Assembly: GCA_002746215.1 (NCBI GenBank)
Contig: NVWI01000004.1
Span: forward strand, 158,405-222,404
Direction of reading: 5' to 3'
Length of the DNA: 64,000 bases
From: SAR86 cluster bacterium
GTDB taxonomy: Bacteria; Pseudomonadota; Gammaproteobacteria; Pseudomonadales; Pseudohongiellaceae
Part shown: positions 19,956-29,996 of the stretch, one piece after another
Layout of the letters: every line of letters starts with the position of its first letter
Numbering within the stretch: position 1 is the stretch's first letter
Translations under genes and position numbers: made by a program
The notes under the pieces: model-generated
What the model saw: the letters and a program-made list of their open reading frames with translations, nothing else
Database searches by the model: none
Told to the model about the DNA's origin: nothing

Positions 19956-20638
19956 TATTTTATAAAACCACTCGCCTGTAATTTTTCAATACTTAATCCT
20001 TCATTATTGCTTTCAACACCAGCAATAGAGTAATTTGCTGCAAGTTCATTTTTCTGTAATAAACGTTCCAGGTAACGACTAATCAAGTCAACTTCCAGAT
20101 TCACTTGCCGGCCCACTTCAAATTCATGCATGGTGGTTTCAACTGCTGTATGAGGAATAATATTAACTGAAAAGTTAATACCTTCTACTTCGTTAACGGT
20201 CAGACTTATACCATCGATACAAGCTGAGCCTTTTCGAGCAATATAGTGAGCAAGTTCAAGGGGGGCTGTAAAAACTAATTGCAGGCTTTCACCATCAACC
20301 TTTTTGCTATGGAGAGTTGCCAAGCCATCGACATGACCACTTACTATATGTCCGCCTAATGAGCTTTCGGGTTTTAAAGACTTTTCCAGATTGACTAAAG
20401 CTCCTTCTTCCAGACTTCCCAAATTAGTACACTGTAAAGTTTCATTTGAAACATCCGCACTGAATGTCGCATCGTCTAATTCGATTACCGTAAGGCAAAC
20501 GCCACTGACTGCAATGCTGTCGCCTATAACAACATCACTGAAATTCAGTTTTTTTGAACTTATACTTAAGCGACAATCACCCTCACCCTTGGTGAGCGAT
20601 TTAATCGTACCTGTCGCTTCAATTATTCCTGTAAACAT
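19955..20638 (-). CDS. ribE: Riboflavin synthase (alpha chain)
   Basis: The MFTGIIE start and a duplicated lumazine-binding repeat (GDSIAVSGVCLTV, GSACIDGISLTV) identify it. Confidence 0.9.
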   Translation of the reverse strand: MFTGIIEATGTIKSLTKGEGDCRLSISSKKLNFSDVVIGDSIAVSGVCLTVIELDDATFSADVSNETLQCTNLGSLEEGALVNLEKSLKPESSLGGHIVSGHVDGLATLHSKKVDGESLQLVFTAPLELAHYIARKGSACIDGISLTVNEVEGINFSVNIIPHTAVETTMHEFEVGRQVNLEVDLISRYLERLLQKNELAANYSIAGVESNNEGLSIEKLQASGFIK

Positions 20639-20669
20639 ATATTCCTGTAAAAGTAGTGAGAATTTTTTC

Positions 20670-21788
20670 TTACTGACTTTTTAAAACGCGGACGCGCATT
20701 CTACAGTCTTTACCCAGCAAAGACACATCTGAATATTCAAGATTGATTTGATCTGCCATACTTTCCAGGCCTGGAATAGTAAATAAGGGCAAGGCCTTAT
20801 GACCTAAAAGTTTAGGCGCCATATAAAGAATTATTTCATCCACCAAACCCGCCTTAATAAATGCACCCGCCAAGGTTGATCCAGCTTCAATTAGCACTTC
20901 ATTACATTCTTTTTCTTTAGCCAAATATTGCAACAAGGCATGTAAATAAATTTGATTATCATTGTTCGGCAAGCAAACTTGTTCAAGCGTCGTTATTGTA
21001 GATTCAGCCGTATTGAATTCTTTCTCTATGGCAGACACCAGTAATATTTCGCCAGGTGTTTGTAAGGTTTTAGCATCAGTAGGCAGACGTAAGTTTGAAT
21101 CACAAATAACCCGTAAAGGTTGTAAAACTTCTACCTCCTCCAACCTGACATTTAAAGATGGATCATCTGCTAATATCGTTTCTATTCCAGTGATTAAGGC
21201 GCTACTTCTAGCTCGCCACTGCTGCACATCCTGCCTGGATTCTTCGCCGGTTATCCATTTGCTTTCCCCATTGGCCATAGCCGTTCTACCATCTGAACTC
21301 ATCGCCATCTTACAACGAACATAAGGTAAGCCAGTTGTCATTCTTTTGATAAAACCAGGATTAAGTTCAGCGCATTTATCGGCTAACAAAGGCCCGACGA
21401 CTTCAATGCCAGCTGCTTTTAATTTATTAATACCCTTGCCCGCGACTGCTGGGTTTGGATCAATCATGCCATACACAACTTTACTGATGCCTGCGGCAAT
21501 AATGGCATCACAGCAAGGCGCCGTTTTGCCATGGTGCGAACAAGGCTCAAGTGTCACATATAAATTTGCACCAGCAACCTTTGCTTTTACTTGATTACTT
21601 TTTGCTTTTTCCAGGGCATGAACTTCCGCGTGCACTTCACCAGCAAATTGATGCCAGCCTTCAGCGATCACTTGCTCGTCTTTCACAATTACGCAGCCTA
21701 CACGGGGGTTTGGCTTGCTGCTGTATTCCCCTTTTAAAGCAAGCTCTATACAACGCTGCATGTAGGTAGTGTCAGTGTTCATTTTCAT
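20670..21788 (-). CDS. ribD: Bifunctional diaminohydroxyphosphoribosylaminopyrimidine deaminase / 5-amino-6-(5-phosphoribosylamino)uracil reductase
   Basis: It has the CMP/dCMP deaminase zinc motif HAEVHAL..PCSHHGKTAPC followed by a RibD C-terminal reductase domain. Confidence 0.95.
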   Translation of the reverse strand: MKMNTDTTYMQRCIELALKGEYSSKPNPRVGCVIVKDEQVIAEGWHQFAGEVHAEVHALEKAKSNQVKAKVAGANLYVTLEPCSHHGKTAPCCDAIIAAGISKVVYGMIDPNPAVAGKGINKLKAAGIEVVGPLLADKCAELNPGFIKRMTTGLPYVRCKMAMSSDGRTAMANGESKWITGEESRQDVQQWRARSSALITGIETILADDPSLNVRLEEVEVLQPLRVICDSNLRLPTDAKTLQTPGEILLVSAIEKEFNTAESTITTLEQVCLPNNDNQIYLHALLQYLAKEKECNEVLIEAGSTLAGAFIKAGLVDEIILYMAPKLLGHKALPLFTIPGLESMADQINLEYSDVSLLGKDCRMRVRVLKSQ

Positions 21789-21927
21789 TGATCTATATAA
21801 TTATTTTTCTGGCTTGGTTTTGGCAAACGCAATTACGATATGATAAAAATAAAATTAAGAAAGCGTTTTCATGAATGTTAATAAGCGAATTTAATTTCTT
21901 AATAACGTTTAGGTGTACGCAGTAGCT

Positions 21928-22395
21928 CTAGGCTTTATCTTTTGGTGTTTTTTCGATGCTATCAATTGCTTCTCTAAACTCATTTAAATCTTTAAAGCTT
22001 CTATAGACAGAAGCGAAACGTACATAAGCAACTTCATCCAGCTTACGTAATTCCTGCATTACCTTCTCTCCGACTAAATTACTGGAAACTTCTCGTTCAC
22101 CTAAAGCACGTAACGCATGATTAATATGCGTTAATGCTTCTTCAACCTGATCCATACTCACGGGTCTTTTTTCCAGCGCTTTTAAAATGCCTTTACGCAA
22201 CTTATCTTCATTAAATGGTTCCCTGTCACCATTTTGTTTGATCACTCGTGGCATTAATAATTCAGCGCCTTCAAAGGTCGTGAAGCGCTCATTACATGTT
22301 AAGCACTCACGCCGCCGACGCACCTGATTACCTTCGGTGACCAAGCGCGAATCGATTACCTTAGTATCTGTAGCATGACAAAAAGGACAATGCAT
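21928..22395 (-). CDS. nrdR: Transcriptional repressor NrdR
   Basis: MHCPFCH..C..C forms the zinc ribbon, and an ATP-cone domain follows. Confidence 0.95.
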   Translation of the reverse strand: MHCPFCHATDTKVIDSRLVTEGNQVRRRRECLTCNERFTTFEGAELLMPRVIKQNGDREPFNEDKLRKGILKALEKRPVSMDQVEEALTHINHALRALGEREVSSNLVGEKVMQELRKLDEVAYVRFASVYRSFKDLNEFREAIDSIEKTPKDKA

Positions 22396-22418
22396 CAGCC
22401 AATAACCCTTGATTTCAC

Positions 22419-23675
22419 TTATTTATAAACTGGAAAATTTGCGCATAAGGCTAGAACTTTCTCTTTTGTCGATTGGATAAGTTCTTCGTTATTAATGTCA
22501 TCCAGTATATCGCATATCCAATTCGACATATCACTGACTTCAGCCTCACCAAAACCCCGAGTCGTCACCGCAGGAGAACCTAAACGTAAGCCACTGGTAA
22601 TAAATGGTGAACGCGGATCATTTGGCACCGCATTTTTATTAACAGTAATGTTTGCCCGACCTAAAATTGCTTCAGCATCCTTACCCGTGACGTCTCTACC
22701 AACAAGACTCAAGAGGAAAAGATGGTCATCAGTACCTCCAGAAACTATTTCAAAACCACGAGACATAAAGACTTCAGCCATGGCTTGAGCATTTTTAACA
22801 ACCTGTTGTTGATAAGATTTAAATTCGTCAGACATTGCTTCCTTAAAGGCTACTGCTTTTGCCGCTATGACATGCATTAAAGGCCCACCCTGGCTTTCAG
22901 GGAAAATAGCAAAGTTCAGCCGTTTATTAAGTTCTGCATCATCACCCGGTGTCAGTATCAAGCCGCCACGCGGACCTCTTAAGGTTTTATGGGTAGTAGA
23001 TGTTGTTACATGCGCAATGTTGACCGGACTTGGATAAACACCTGCTGCAACAAGACCTGCTACGTGCGCCATATCTACCATCAGGTAAGCACCTATCTTA
23101 TCGGCGATATCACGCATCAGTTGCCAATTGACTATTCTTGAATACGCTGAAAAACCCGCAATAATTAATTTAGGCTTATGTTGTAGTGCCAGTGCTTCTA
23201 CTTGTTCATAATCAATTTCACCCGTCTCACTATGAAGACCGTACTGAACCGCATTATAAATGCGTCCAGAAAAAGACACCGCAGCACCATGAGTAAGGTG
23301 CCCCCCATCTGCCAGGCTCATACCCAGCAAAGTATCGCCAGGCTTTAACAATGCCATAAATACAGCTGCATTAGCCTGTGATCCTGAATGTGCTTGCACA
23401 TTGGCATAGCCAGCATTAAAAAGCGTCTTGGCTCTGTCGATTGCCAGGGTTTCGACCACATCCACATGCTCGCAGCCGCCGTAATAACGCTTACCCGGAT
23501 AACCTTCTGCGTATTTATTGGTTAGTACAGAACCCTGCGCCTCCTGTACACGAGGACTGGCATAGTTTTCAGAGGCAATCAGTTCTATATGTTCCTGTTG
23601 ACGTAGGGATTCTGCAGCCATCGCTGCTTCCAGTTCATCATCAAAACCAGCGATAGTCATATCTTTAGTTAACAT
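22419..23675 (-). CDS. glyA: Serine hydroxymethyltransferase
   Basis: Motifs found are LIASENY, the PLP-lysine context [13 protein letters not shown], and an overall length of 418 aa. Confidence 0.95.
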   Translation of the reverse strand: MLTKDMTIAGFDDELEAAMAAESLRQQEHIELIASENYASPRVQEAQGSVLTNKYAEGYPGKRYYGGCEHVDVVETLAIDRAKTLFNAGYANVQAHSGSQANAAVFMALLKPGDTLLGMSLADGGHLTHGAAVSFSGRIYNAVQYGLHSETGEIDYEQVEALALQHKPKLIIAGFSAYSRIVNWQLMRDIADKIGAYLMVDMAHVAGLVAAGVYPSPVNIAHVTTSTTHKTLRGPRGGLILTPGDDAELNKRLNFAIFPESQGGPLMHVIAAKAVAFKEAMSDEFKSYQQQVVKNAQAMAEVFMSRGFEIVSGGTDDHLFLLSLVGRDVTGKDAEAILGRANITVNKNAVPNDPRSPFITSGLRLGSPAVTTRGFGEAEVSDMSNWICDILDDINNEELIQSTKEKVLALCANFPVYK

Positions 23676-23824
23676 TTTTTCCCTCAGGCTTGTGTAAATT
23701 AGTCGGACGAATTAAGAAGCGTAAGCTGGGCTGTGTAAAAAAGCGCTATTCTACCTTACTTTCCTCCTCGGTAAGAATAGAATAGTCAGCTAAATATTCC
23801 CATAAAGCAGCAGGTTGTAAATTA

Positions 23825-25489
23825 ATGGCTCAATTTGTTTATACCATGAACCGGGTTGGTAAAGTCGTGCCGCCCAAGCGTGAAATTCTCAAAGACATCT
23901 CCCTATCTTTCTTTCCTGGCGCCAAAATTGGGGTGCTGGGATTGAACGGTTCTGGTAAATCGACCTTACTTCGAATCATGGCGGGTGTGGACAAAGAGTT
24001 CCATGGTGAAGCCAGGCCACAGCCGGATCTTAAAGTGGGTTATTTGCCTCAGGAACCGGAACTTGATGCCAGCAAAGATGTTAAAGGCAATGTTGAAGAC
24101 GGCGTTCGAGAAATTAAAGACTTAGTAGATGAATTCAATAGCATCAGTGATAAATTCGCCGAACCCATGAGTGATGATGCAATGAATGCTTTATTGGAAA
24201 AGCAAGGTGAATTGCAGACACAAATTGATGCAACTGGTGGCTGGGATCTTGACCGCACGCTTGAAATTGCTGCTGATGCGTTGCGTCTCCCGCCCTGGGA
24301 TGCCGATGTCACCAAACTATCTGGTGGAGAAAAACGTAGAGTCGCGCTTTGCCGCTTATTATTGTCTAAGCCTGACATGCTCTTATTAGACGAACCAACC
24401 AACCATCTGGATGCAGGCTCAGTCGCCTGGATGGAAAAATTCTTACAGGATTATCCTGGCACTGTTGTCGCAATTACGCATGATCGCTATTTTCTGGATC
24501 AGGCCGCTAACTGGATTCTGGAGCTCGATCGCGGGTACGGCATTCCCTATGAAGGAAATTACAGCGACTGGCTTGAAGCAAAAGAAAAGCGCCTGGAAAT
24601 TGAAGAAAAGCAACAGTCGTCAATAGCAAAAACCATTAAAAACGAACTGGAATGGGTTAGAACCAACCAAAAAGGACGTCAATCCAAAAGCAAAGCCCGC
24701 CTCGCTCGCTTCGAAGAATTATCCTCCAAGGAATTCCAGACGCGCAACGAAACGCTGGAACTCTATATCCCCCCCGGCCCCCGTTTGGGAGAACTGGTTA
24801 TAGAAGTTAATAAGGTCAGCAAAAGTTTTGGCGATAAAGCGCTGATTGAAAACCTCAGCCTGACTATCCCTCGAGGCAGCATTGTCGGCATAATCGGCGG
24901 CAACGGTGCTGGTAAGACGACTTTTCTGAAGATGCTTATGGATCAAGAACAACCTGATTCAGGCTCTATCCGTATCGGCGAAACAGTCGATATGGCTTAC
25001 GTTGATCAAAGCCGGGATGAACTGAATGGTGACAATACAGTGTGGCAGGAAGTTTCCGGCGGCCTTGATACGCTGAAAATTGGCAACTATGAAATTTCTT
25101 CTCGCGCTTATGTCAGCCGCTTCAATTTCAAAGGCAGTGATCAACAAAAAATTGTTAAACACTTATCGGGTGGTGAACGTAATCGACTACATCTAGCCAA
25201 GCTCTTAAAACGCGGCGCCAATGTTCTCTTATTAGATGAACCGACAAATGATCTTGATATCGAAACCCTGCGCGCATTAGATGAAGGCTTACTGGCTTTC
25301 CCCGGCACAGTGATCGTGGTTTCACATGACCGCTGGTTTCTTGACAGAATTTCCACACACATTCTGGCTTTTGAAGGCGACAGTGAAGTAGTTTTTCACG
25401 AAGGCAATTATTCAGATTACGAAGAAGATCGAAAGAAGCGTAAAGGGGATGGGGAACCTACTCGTGTCAAATACAAGAAACTCGGTTAA
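23825..25489 (+). CDS. ettA: Energy-dependent translational throttle protein EttA (ABC-F)
   Basis: The N-terminus MAQFVYTMNRVGKVVPPKR is typical. It has two ABC cassettes and is 554 aa long. Confidence 0.95.
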   Translation: MAQFVYTMNRVGKVVPPKREILKDISLSFFPGAKIGVLGLNGSGKSTLLRIMAGVDKEFHGEARPQPDLKVGYLPQEPELDASKDVKGNVEDGVREIKDLVDEFNSISDKFAEPMSDDAMNALLEKQGELQTQIDATGGWDLDRTLEIAADALRLPPWDADVTKLSGGEKRRVALCRLLLSKPDMLLLDEPTNHLDAGSVAWMEKFLQDYPGTVVAITHDRYFLDQAANWILELDRGYGIPYEGNYSDWLEAKEKRLEIEEKQQSSIAKTIKNELEWVRTNQKGRQSKSKARLARFEELSSKEFQTRNETLELYIPPGPRLGELVIEVNKVSKSFGDKALIENLSLTIPRGSIVGIIGGNGAGKTTFLKMLMDQEQPDSGSIRIGETVDMAYVDQSRDELNGDNTVWQEVSGGLDTLKIGNYEISSRAYVSRFNFKGSDQQKIVKHLSGGERNRLHLAKLLKRGANVLLLDEPTNDLDIETLRALDEGLLAFPGTVIVVSHDRWFLDRISTHILAFEGDSEVVFHEGNYSDYEEDRKKRKGDGEPTRVKYKKLG

Positions 25490-25522
25490 AAACTACGACA
25501 CTTGACAAGACTTCGTTAAAAA

Positions 25523-25554
25523 TTGGTTTGGGGAAACTCATTTTCCCAAACCAA
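25523..25554. terminator. Stem-loop between convergent genes, likely an intrinsic terminator
   Basis: TTGGTTTGGGGAAA-ctca-TTTTCCCAAACCAA forms a 14-bp stem with one G-T pair. T-rich sequence follows. It lies between the ettA stop and the stop of the minus-strand gene at 25568. Confidence 0.5.
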
Positions 25555-25567
25555 CTTTCTTGAATTT

Positions 25568-26263
25568 TTAAACTATTTTTAAACTATCTTTTAACGCTTG
25601 CAGGTGAGACTGGTTTTCTTTTGCGCTTAGCGGTATATCCACCGTTTCAGGCAGGGGTGTGGGTATATTCACCGTTAATTCTTCACCGTGCAAAACACGC
25701 TGCACCAACTGTGCATAATGATATTCAAATAAGGGAAAAATTTTTCCTTCTGCTTGATTGGCCAATTCAAACCAGCCAGTTGCCTTTCCTGCCATATACA
25801 CGGCAGAGTGGCTCCAGTTCTGAACCGCTTTTGGTGCTGGCATACGGCAAGCTTCAAGGTAGGCATCATGTGCGCTCGGCAACCCAAATAAAGCCACGCC
25901 TGATTTACAGGAGTCCACAACATTGGCAATAGTTGGTAAAAATGGTTGCTTGTGCACAAGCTCACGAGTAGCGGCTAAAACTAGTTCAGGCAAAAAAGCA
26001 GCAAGACTGGTTAACCAGTACTTCTTGGCAAGATTTAGGGTGCCTTCATCAGGAAAAGCCTTGTGATACTGATTATGGTACGCCAATTCAAATTCGGCGA
26101 ACATTTGATTGATGACATCAACGTGATCTTTGGAAAACTTTGCTTTAGAACTAGACCTGGAGTTAGCGTTATAAGCACTATCTCCCCCACTACCTTCTCC
26201 AGCCTCTATCCCCCGCTTAATATGATCGGGCACAACAAGCTGATCAATTTTTTTCATGGTCAC
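25568..26263 (-). CDS. Phage lambda replication protein P-like protein (orphan)
   Basis: By eye, blocks align to lambda P: KQPFLPTIANVVDSCK versus NRPFLPSPGQFVAWCR, GLPSAHDAYLEACR versus GLPNVSELVDMVYEYCR, and WSHSAVYMAG versus WKSNAHYWLV. Confidence 0.5.
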   Translation of the reverse strand: MTMKKIDQLVVPDHIKRGIEAGEGSGGDSAYNANSRSSSKAKFSKDHVDVINQMFAEFELAYHNQYHKAFPDEGTLNLAKKYWLTSLAAFLPELVLAATRELVHKQPFLPTIANVVDSCKSGVALFGLPSAHDAYLEACRMPAPKAVQNWSHSAVYMAGKATGWFELANQAEGKIFPLFEYHYAQLVQRVLHGEELTVNIPTPLPETVDIPLSAKENQSHLQALKDSLKIV

Positions 26264-26287
26264 TTCTTTTCCAACAAGATTAATTAA

Positions 26288-27418
26288 TTACGACAAATCA
26301 CTACTGCGCAAACCAAACTCCTGCTGCTCAATAATGTCCTTATCGGGACTCTCTGCTTTGATTTTGCCATAACTGATAACAGTATTACGGCCAGCTTTTT
26401 TACTTTCGTAAAGCGTTTCATCAGCTTTTTCTAATAGCTCTTCTGCAATAAGCACATCATCAGGATAGGTTGCTATACCAATGCTGACGGTTGTTGAAAT
26501 TCTTTGCCCATCCACATCAAAAGACGTATTTTCAACAGCGCTGCGTAAACGCTCAGCAGTTTCAATAGCTCTATCAGATGGCAGCTGGGGTAACAAGGCA
26601 ACAAATTCGTCTCCCCCATAACGGCAAATAATGTCTGAAGTACGTAAGCAATCCTGAATTGTGCTGGCGATTGTTAAAATCAGTTTATCTCCAGCCTTAT
26701 GGCCATAGGTGTCATTGACCTTTTTTAAATTATCAGCATCGATCATCATGGCCGATAGGGGTTGTGAATACTGTATCGCTACCTCAGTTGCCTTATGTAG
26801 CATAGGGCTAAATGAGCGCTTATTTAGCAAGCCTGTCATTTCATCTGTTTCAGAAAGAACCTTAAACACCTTCTTACCATAATTGACATCAGCAGCAAGC
26901 ATCGTGGTGATATAGGCAACCAACATAAAAGGTAAAAAGAAAATAAGAAATTCTGTGTATTCAACTAATGAATATTCAACCCCACTGCGGGACGCCAGAA
27001 GAACATATACTGCTGAAATTAAAACAATTTCAGCAATGGTGATCGCTTTTCCTAGTGTTATAGAGCTGGAGATAATGACCAATAAATAAAGATTAAGTAA
27101 GGGGCTGTCAACATTGCCTGTATTCCAGACTGCCAGCGTAATAAAAAGAATCATTACCCAGGTTTCAACCGCTAACTTCCATTTGAAGTGCGGCAGATTA
27201 AAATTCACATAATGAAAACCCAGAATAAAAGCCCCAAAAAGCTCCATACAAATCAATAATCCTGCTGGACTAGCAATTTGCGCATCTGGCGACATGTAAT
27301 AAAGCAACACGATCAATAAGAGCAGCCATTCAATCTCCGCAATACTGCGTGCAAATCCCTTTAGCTCGACCTGGTCTATATCCAGATCATCAAATAATTG
27401 AATGTCATTCTTTTTCAC
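26288..27418 (-). CDS. Membrane-bound diguanylate cyclase (GGDEF domain)
   Basis: About six N-terminal TM helices are followed by RYGGDEFVALL and the typical GGDEF domain context. Confidence 0.85.
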   Translation of the reverse strand: MKKNDIQLFDDLDIDQVELKGFARSIAEIEWLLLLIVLLYYMSPDAQIASPAGLLICMELFGAFILGFHYVNFNLPHFKWKLAVETWVMILFITLAVWNTGNVDSPLLNLYLLVIISSSITLGKAITIAEIVLISAVYVLLASRSGVEYSLVEYTEFLIFFLPFMLVAYITTMLAADVNYGKKVFKVLSETDEMTGLLNKRSFSPMLHKATEVAIQYSQPLSAMMIDADNLKKVNDTYGHKAGDKLILTIASTIQDCLRTSDIICRYGGDEFVALLPQLPSDRAIETAERLRSAVENTSFDVDGQRISTTVSIGIATYPDDVLIAEELLEKADETLYESKKAGRNTVISYGKIKAESPDKDIIEQQEFGLRSSDLS

Positions 27419-27720
27419 TGTGCGCTCCTGCTTTATCCGTCACTGTGCTCTATACCCAGAAACCTCTCAAACCAGATGCTAGAAGGGCTTCTTGCAACTA
27501 CTTAGGTAAATATAGAGATATCCTACTCCCATAATTTCGTAGCTTAGCATAGCAAGCAACTATCACGACATTGTTGCAGTACTTAACTTTTAGTCAAAAA
27601 TATTTACCTTTGCTCAATGTGCAAATATTATGAAACGTGCCGTATATCGCACTAAGCCGCTCTGATATTATAAAAAGCCGCAGTATAGTTAGGTATATAT
27701 AGTAAAAAACACAGAGAAAG

Positions 27721-29253
27721 ATGAAGTTAACAATTAAATACAAACTGCTACTGGCGATCCTTTCGGGACACATCATTGTTTATATTTCAATGTACAGCCT
27801 CGGTCGCGCACAATTTAACGATGGCTTTATCGACTATATCAGCCGTATTGAAGAGCAGCAGGTCCCTGCATTAATTGATGGATTAGAGTCCTGGTATGAA
27901 GCTCGAGACCGTTGGGATCTACTTCGGGACAATGTCAGTCTCTGGAATATCATTATAAGAGACAGTGTTGCCCGTACAGCAGAACCCGGTCAGTTGCTCG
28001 AAATTCGGCAAGTGACCAATTTTCGTTTAATTGAGTCGGCAGTCGAAGACAGGAATATTCTGACTAATAACACCAGTGCTATTGACGCATTCCGCCGCCC
28101 AGCCTTATTGGCGGATGATGACTGGTATTTTTCTTCTGAATACAGCCCTGCCAGGCCTCACTTACTTTTATTGGATGCTGATCATGACATTATGTTCGGC
28201 GACCCTGAAGCCTTACCACTAGCGAACCTTTATCCCCTGAATTTCATGGGAGAAACCGTTGGTTATTTGGCCGTCACCAGCAGACAGGAATTATCTGAAC
28301 GCGCTGATCAACTTTTTGTTGAAAGCCAAATTAATTCGTTCTTTCTCATTGGCATTGTACTGGTTGTCATCTCGATACTGGTTGCCATTCCGGCGGCAAG
28401 CTATCTGGTTCGCCCCATTCGAGATTTAGTCAATGGAACTCGTGCCCTGACTGCGGGCGATTACAACTCAAGAATAAAAGTCAGAAGCTCTGATGAATTA
28501 GGCCTATTGTCCGAAGATTTCAACACCTTGGCCAATACACTGGATCAAAATCAAACAGCCAGAAGGCAATGGATTGCGGATATTTCACACGAGCTCAGAA
28601 CCCCCCTTGCGATATTACGCGGTGAACTTGAAGCTGCACAGGATGGCATAAGGCCACTTGATCCCGCGAGTCTCAATTCCTGGCACCACGAAGTGGTGCA
28701 TTTGAACACCCTGGTAAATGATTTGCATGAGTTATCCATGTCAGATAACGGTGCGTTAGTTTATGAAAAAGAAAAAATTGATGTGAAACCTTTGTTAGAA
28801 CAAACTCTGGAACTGCATCAAAATTTAATCGCACAAAACAATATAAAAGTATCAACCGTTATATCTGGATCCAGGCGTAAAAATAAGAAGGCCATCAATA
28901 TATTTGGCGACCCAAAACGTCTCAAACAACTTTTCGATAACCTGCTGCAAAACACCTGTCGCTATACTGATGAGGGTGGTGAGCTCAAAATCACCCTTAA
29001 AGAATATCCCGACAAGGTTGCTATAGACTGGATAGATTCAGAACCCGGTGTCAGCGATGAAGACCTACACAAATTATTTGATCGCCTTTACCGCGTAGAA
29101 TCTTCTCGCAATCGTGAGAAAGGCGGTTCTGGCCTGGGCCTGGCTATTTGCAAAAACATTGTTGAAGCCCATGAAGGTTGCATTACGGCAGAGCACTCTG
29201 AACTTGGCGGTTTGAAGCTCAGGATCGAATTACCCAAACGGCAAAAATCTTAA
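27721..29253 (+). CDS. Sensor histidine kinase (BaeS/CpxA-like: periplasmic loop, HAMP, HisKA, HATPase_c)
   Basis: It has the H-box ISHELRTPL, the N box LLQNTCRYT and the G boxes DSEPGV and GGSGLGLAI. Two TM helices flank a loop of about 180 aa. Confidence 0.9.
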   Translation: MKLTIKYKLLLAILSGHIIVYISMYSLGRAQFNDGFIDYISRIEEQQVPALIDGLESWYEARDRWDLLRDNVSLWNIIIRDSVARTAEPGQLLEIRQVTNFRLIESAVEDRNILTNNTSAIDAFRRPALLADDDWYFSSEYSPARPHLLLLDADHDIMFGDPEALPLANLYPLNFMGETVGYLAVTSRQELSERADQLFVESQINSFFLIGIVLVVISILVAIPAASYLVRPIRDLVNGTRALTAGDYNSRIKVRSSDELGLLSEDFNTLANTLDQNQTARRQWIADISHELRTPLAILRGELEAAQDGIRPLDPASLNSWHHEVVHLNTLVNDLHELSMSDNGALVYEKEKIDVKPLLEQTLELHQNLIAQNNIKVSTVISGSRRKNKKAINIFGDPKRLKQLFDNLLQNTCRYTDEGGELKITLKEYPDKVAIDWIDSEPGVSDEDLHKLFDRLYRVESSRNREKGGSGLGLAICKNIVEAHEGCITAEHSELGGLKLRIELPKRQKS

Positions 29254-29327
29254 GCACGGAAATATTTGCCCCTTGGCCCATGAGGACTTAAACTGCTTCA
29301 ATTCAATAGTAGCCTGGAAAGATAAAT

Positions 29328-29996
29328 ATGCAGCATGTTTTGATCCTTGAAGACGAAGTAAAACTGGCAACTCTGCTAAAGGATTATCTCGACCGTAACG
29401 GTTTTAAAACATCTATGCTGCATAATGGCAATGAAGTAATGCCCTGGCTTGAAAACCATCAACCAGACTTGGTTTTGCTAGATTTAATGCTGCCGGGTGT
29501 TGATGGCATGGATATCTGCAAGGATATTCGCCGTAATTCTCAACTACCTGTGATTATGGTGACAGCAAAAGTCGAAGAAATTGACCGTTTACTTGGACTC
29601 GAACTCGGTGCTGATGATTATATCTGCAAACCTTTTAGTCCGCGGGAAGTCGTTGCTCGTGTTAAAGCGGTACTGCGTCGCAGTGAAGGTTCAGACAAGC
29701 TTGAAGAAAAAGGTCTGAATCTGGATACTGATACTTATAAAGTAAGCATCAACGGTAATGACCTTGGTCTGACAGCTGTGGAATTTCAGTTATTAAAAGT
29801 TTTATCGGATCACCCCGGTCGCATATTTTCTCGTGCGGTTCTGGTCGATAAAATATACTCCGATGGACGTATAGTGAGTGACCGCACTATCGACAGCCAT
29901 ATTAAAAAATTACGTAAAAAAATTGCAACGGAGCTGCCTGATACAGAGTTAATTCATTCTCTTTACGCGGTGGGATACAAATTTGAGTGGAACTAA
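29328..29996 (+). CDS. OmpR/PhoB-family response regulator (BaeR-like)
   Basis: The receiver domain has the DLVLLDLMLPG phospho-acceptor context. A winged-helix trans_reg_C domain (VGYKFEW) follows. Confidence 0.9.
   Translation: MQHVLILEDEVKLATLLKDYLDRNGFKTSMLHNGNEVMPWLENHQPDLVLLDLMLPGVDGMDICKDIRRNSQLPVIMVTAKVEEIDRLLGLELGADDYICKPFSPREVVARVKAVLRRSEGSDKLEEKGLNLDTDTYKVSINGNDLGLTAVEFQLLKVLSDHPGRIFSRAVLVDKIYSDGRIVSDRTIDSHIKKLRKKIATELPDTELIHSLYAVGYKFEWN

Noticed and set aside
21789-21927. FMN (RFN) riboswitch upstream of the rib genes
   Set aside because: The nrdR-ribD spacer is AT-rich. I could not find the conserved GC-rich RFN core helices there or upstream of ribBA/ribH. The rib genes appear to be part of the nrdR-led operon.
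25568-27418. Prophage or integrated element around the lambda-P-like gene
   Set aside because: There is no integrase, no tRNA attachment site, no direct repeats, and no other phage-like ORFs on either side.
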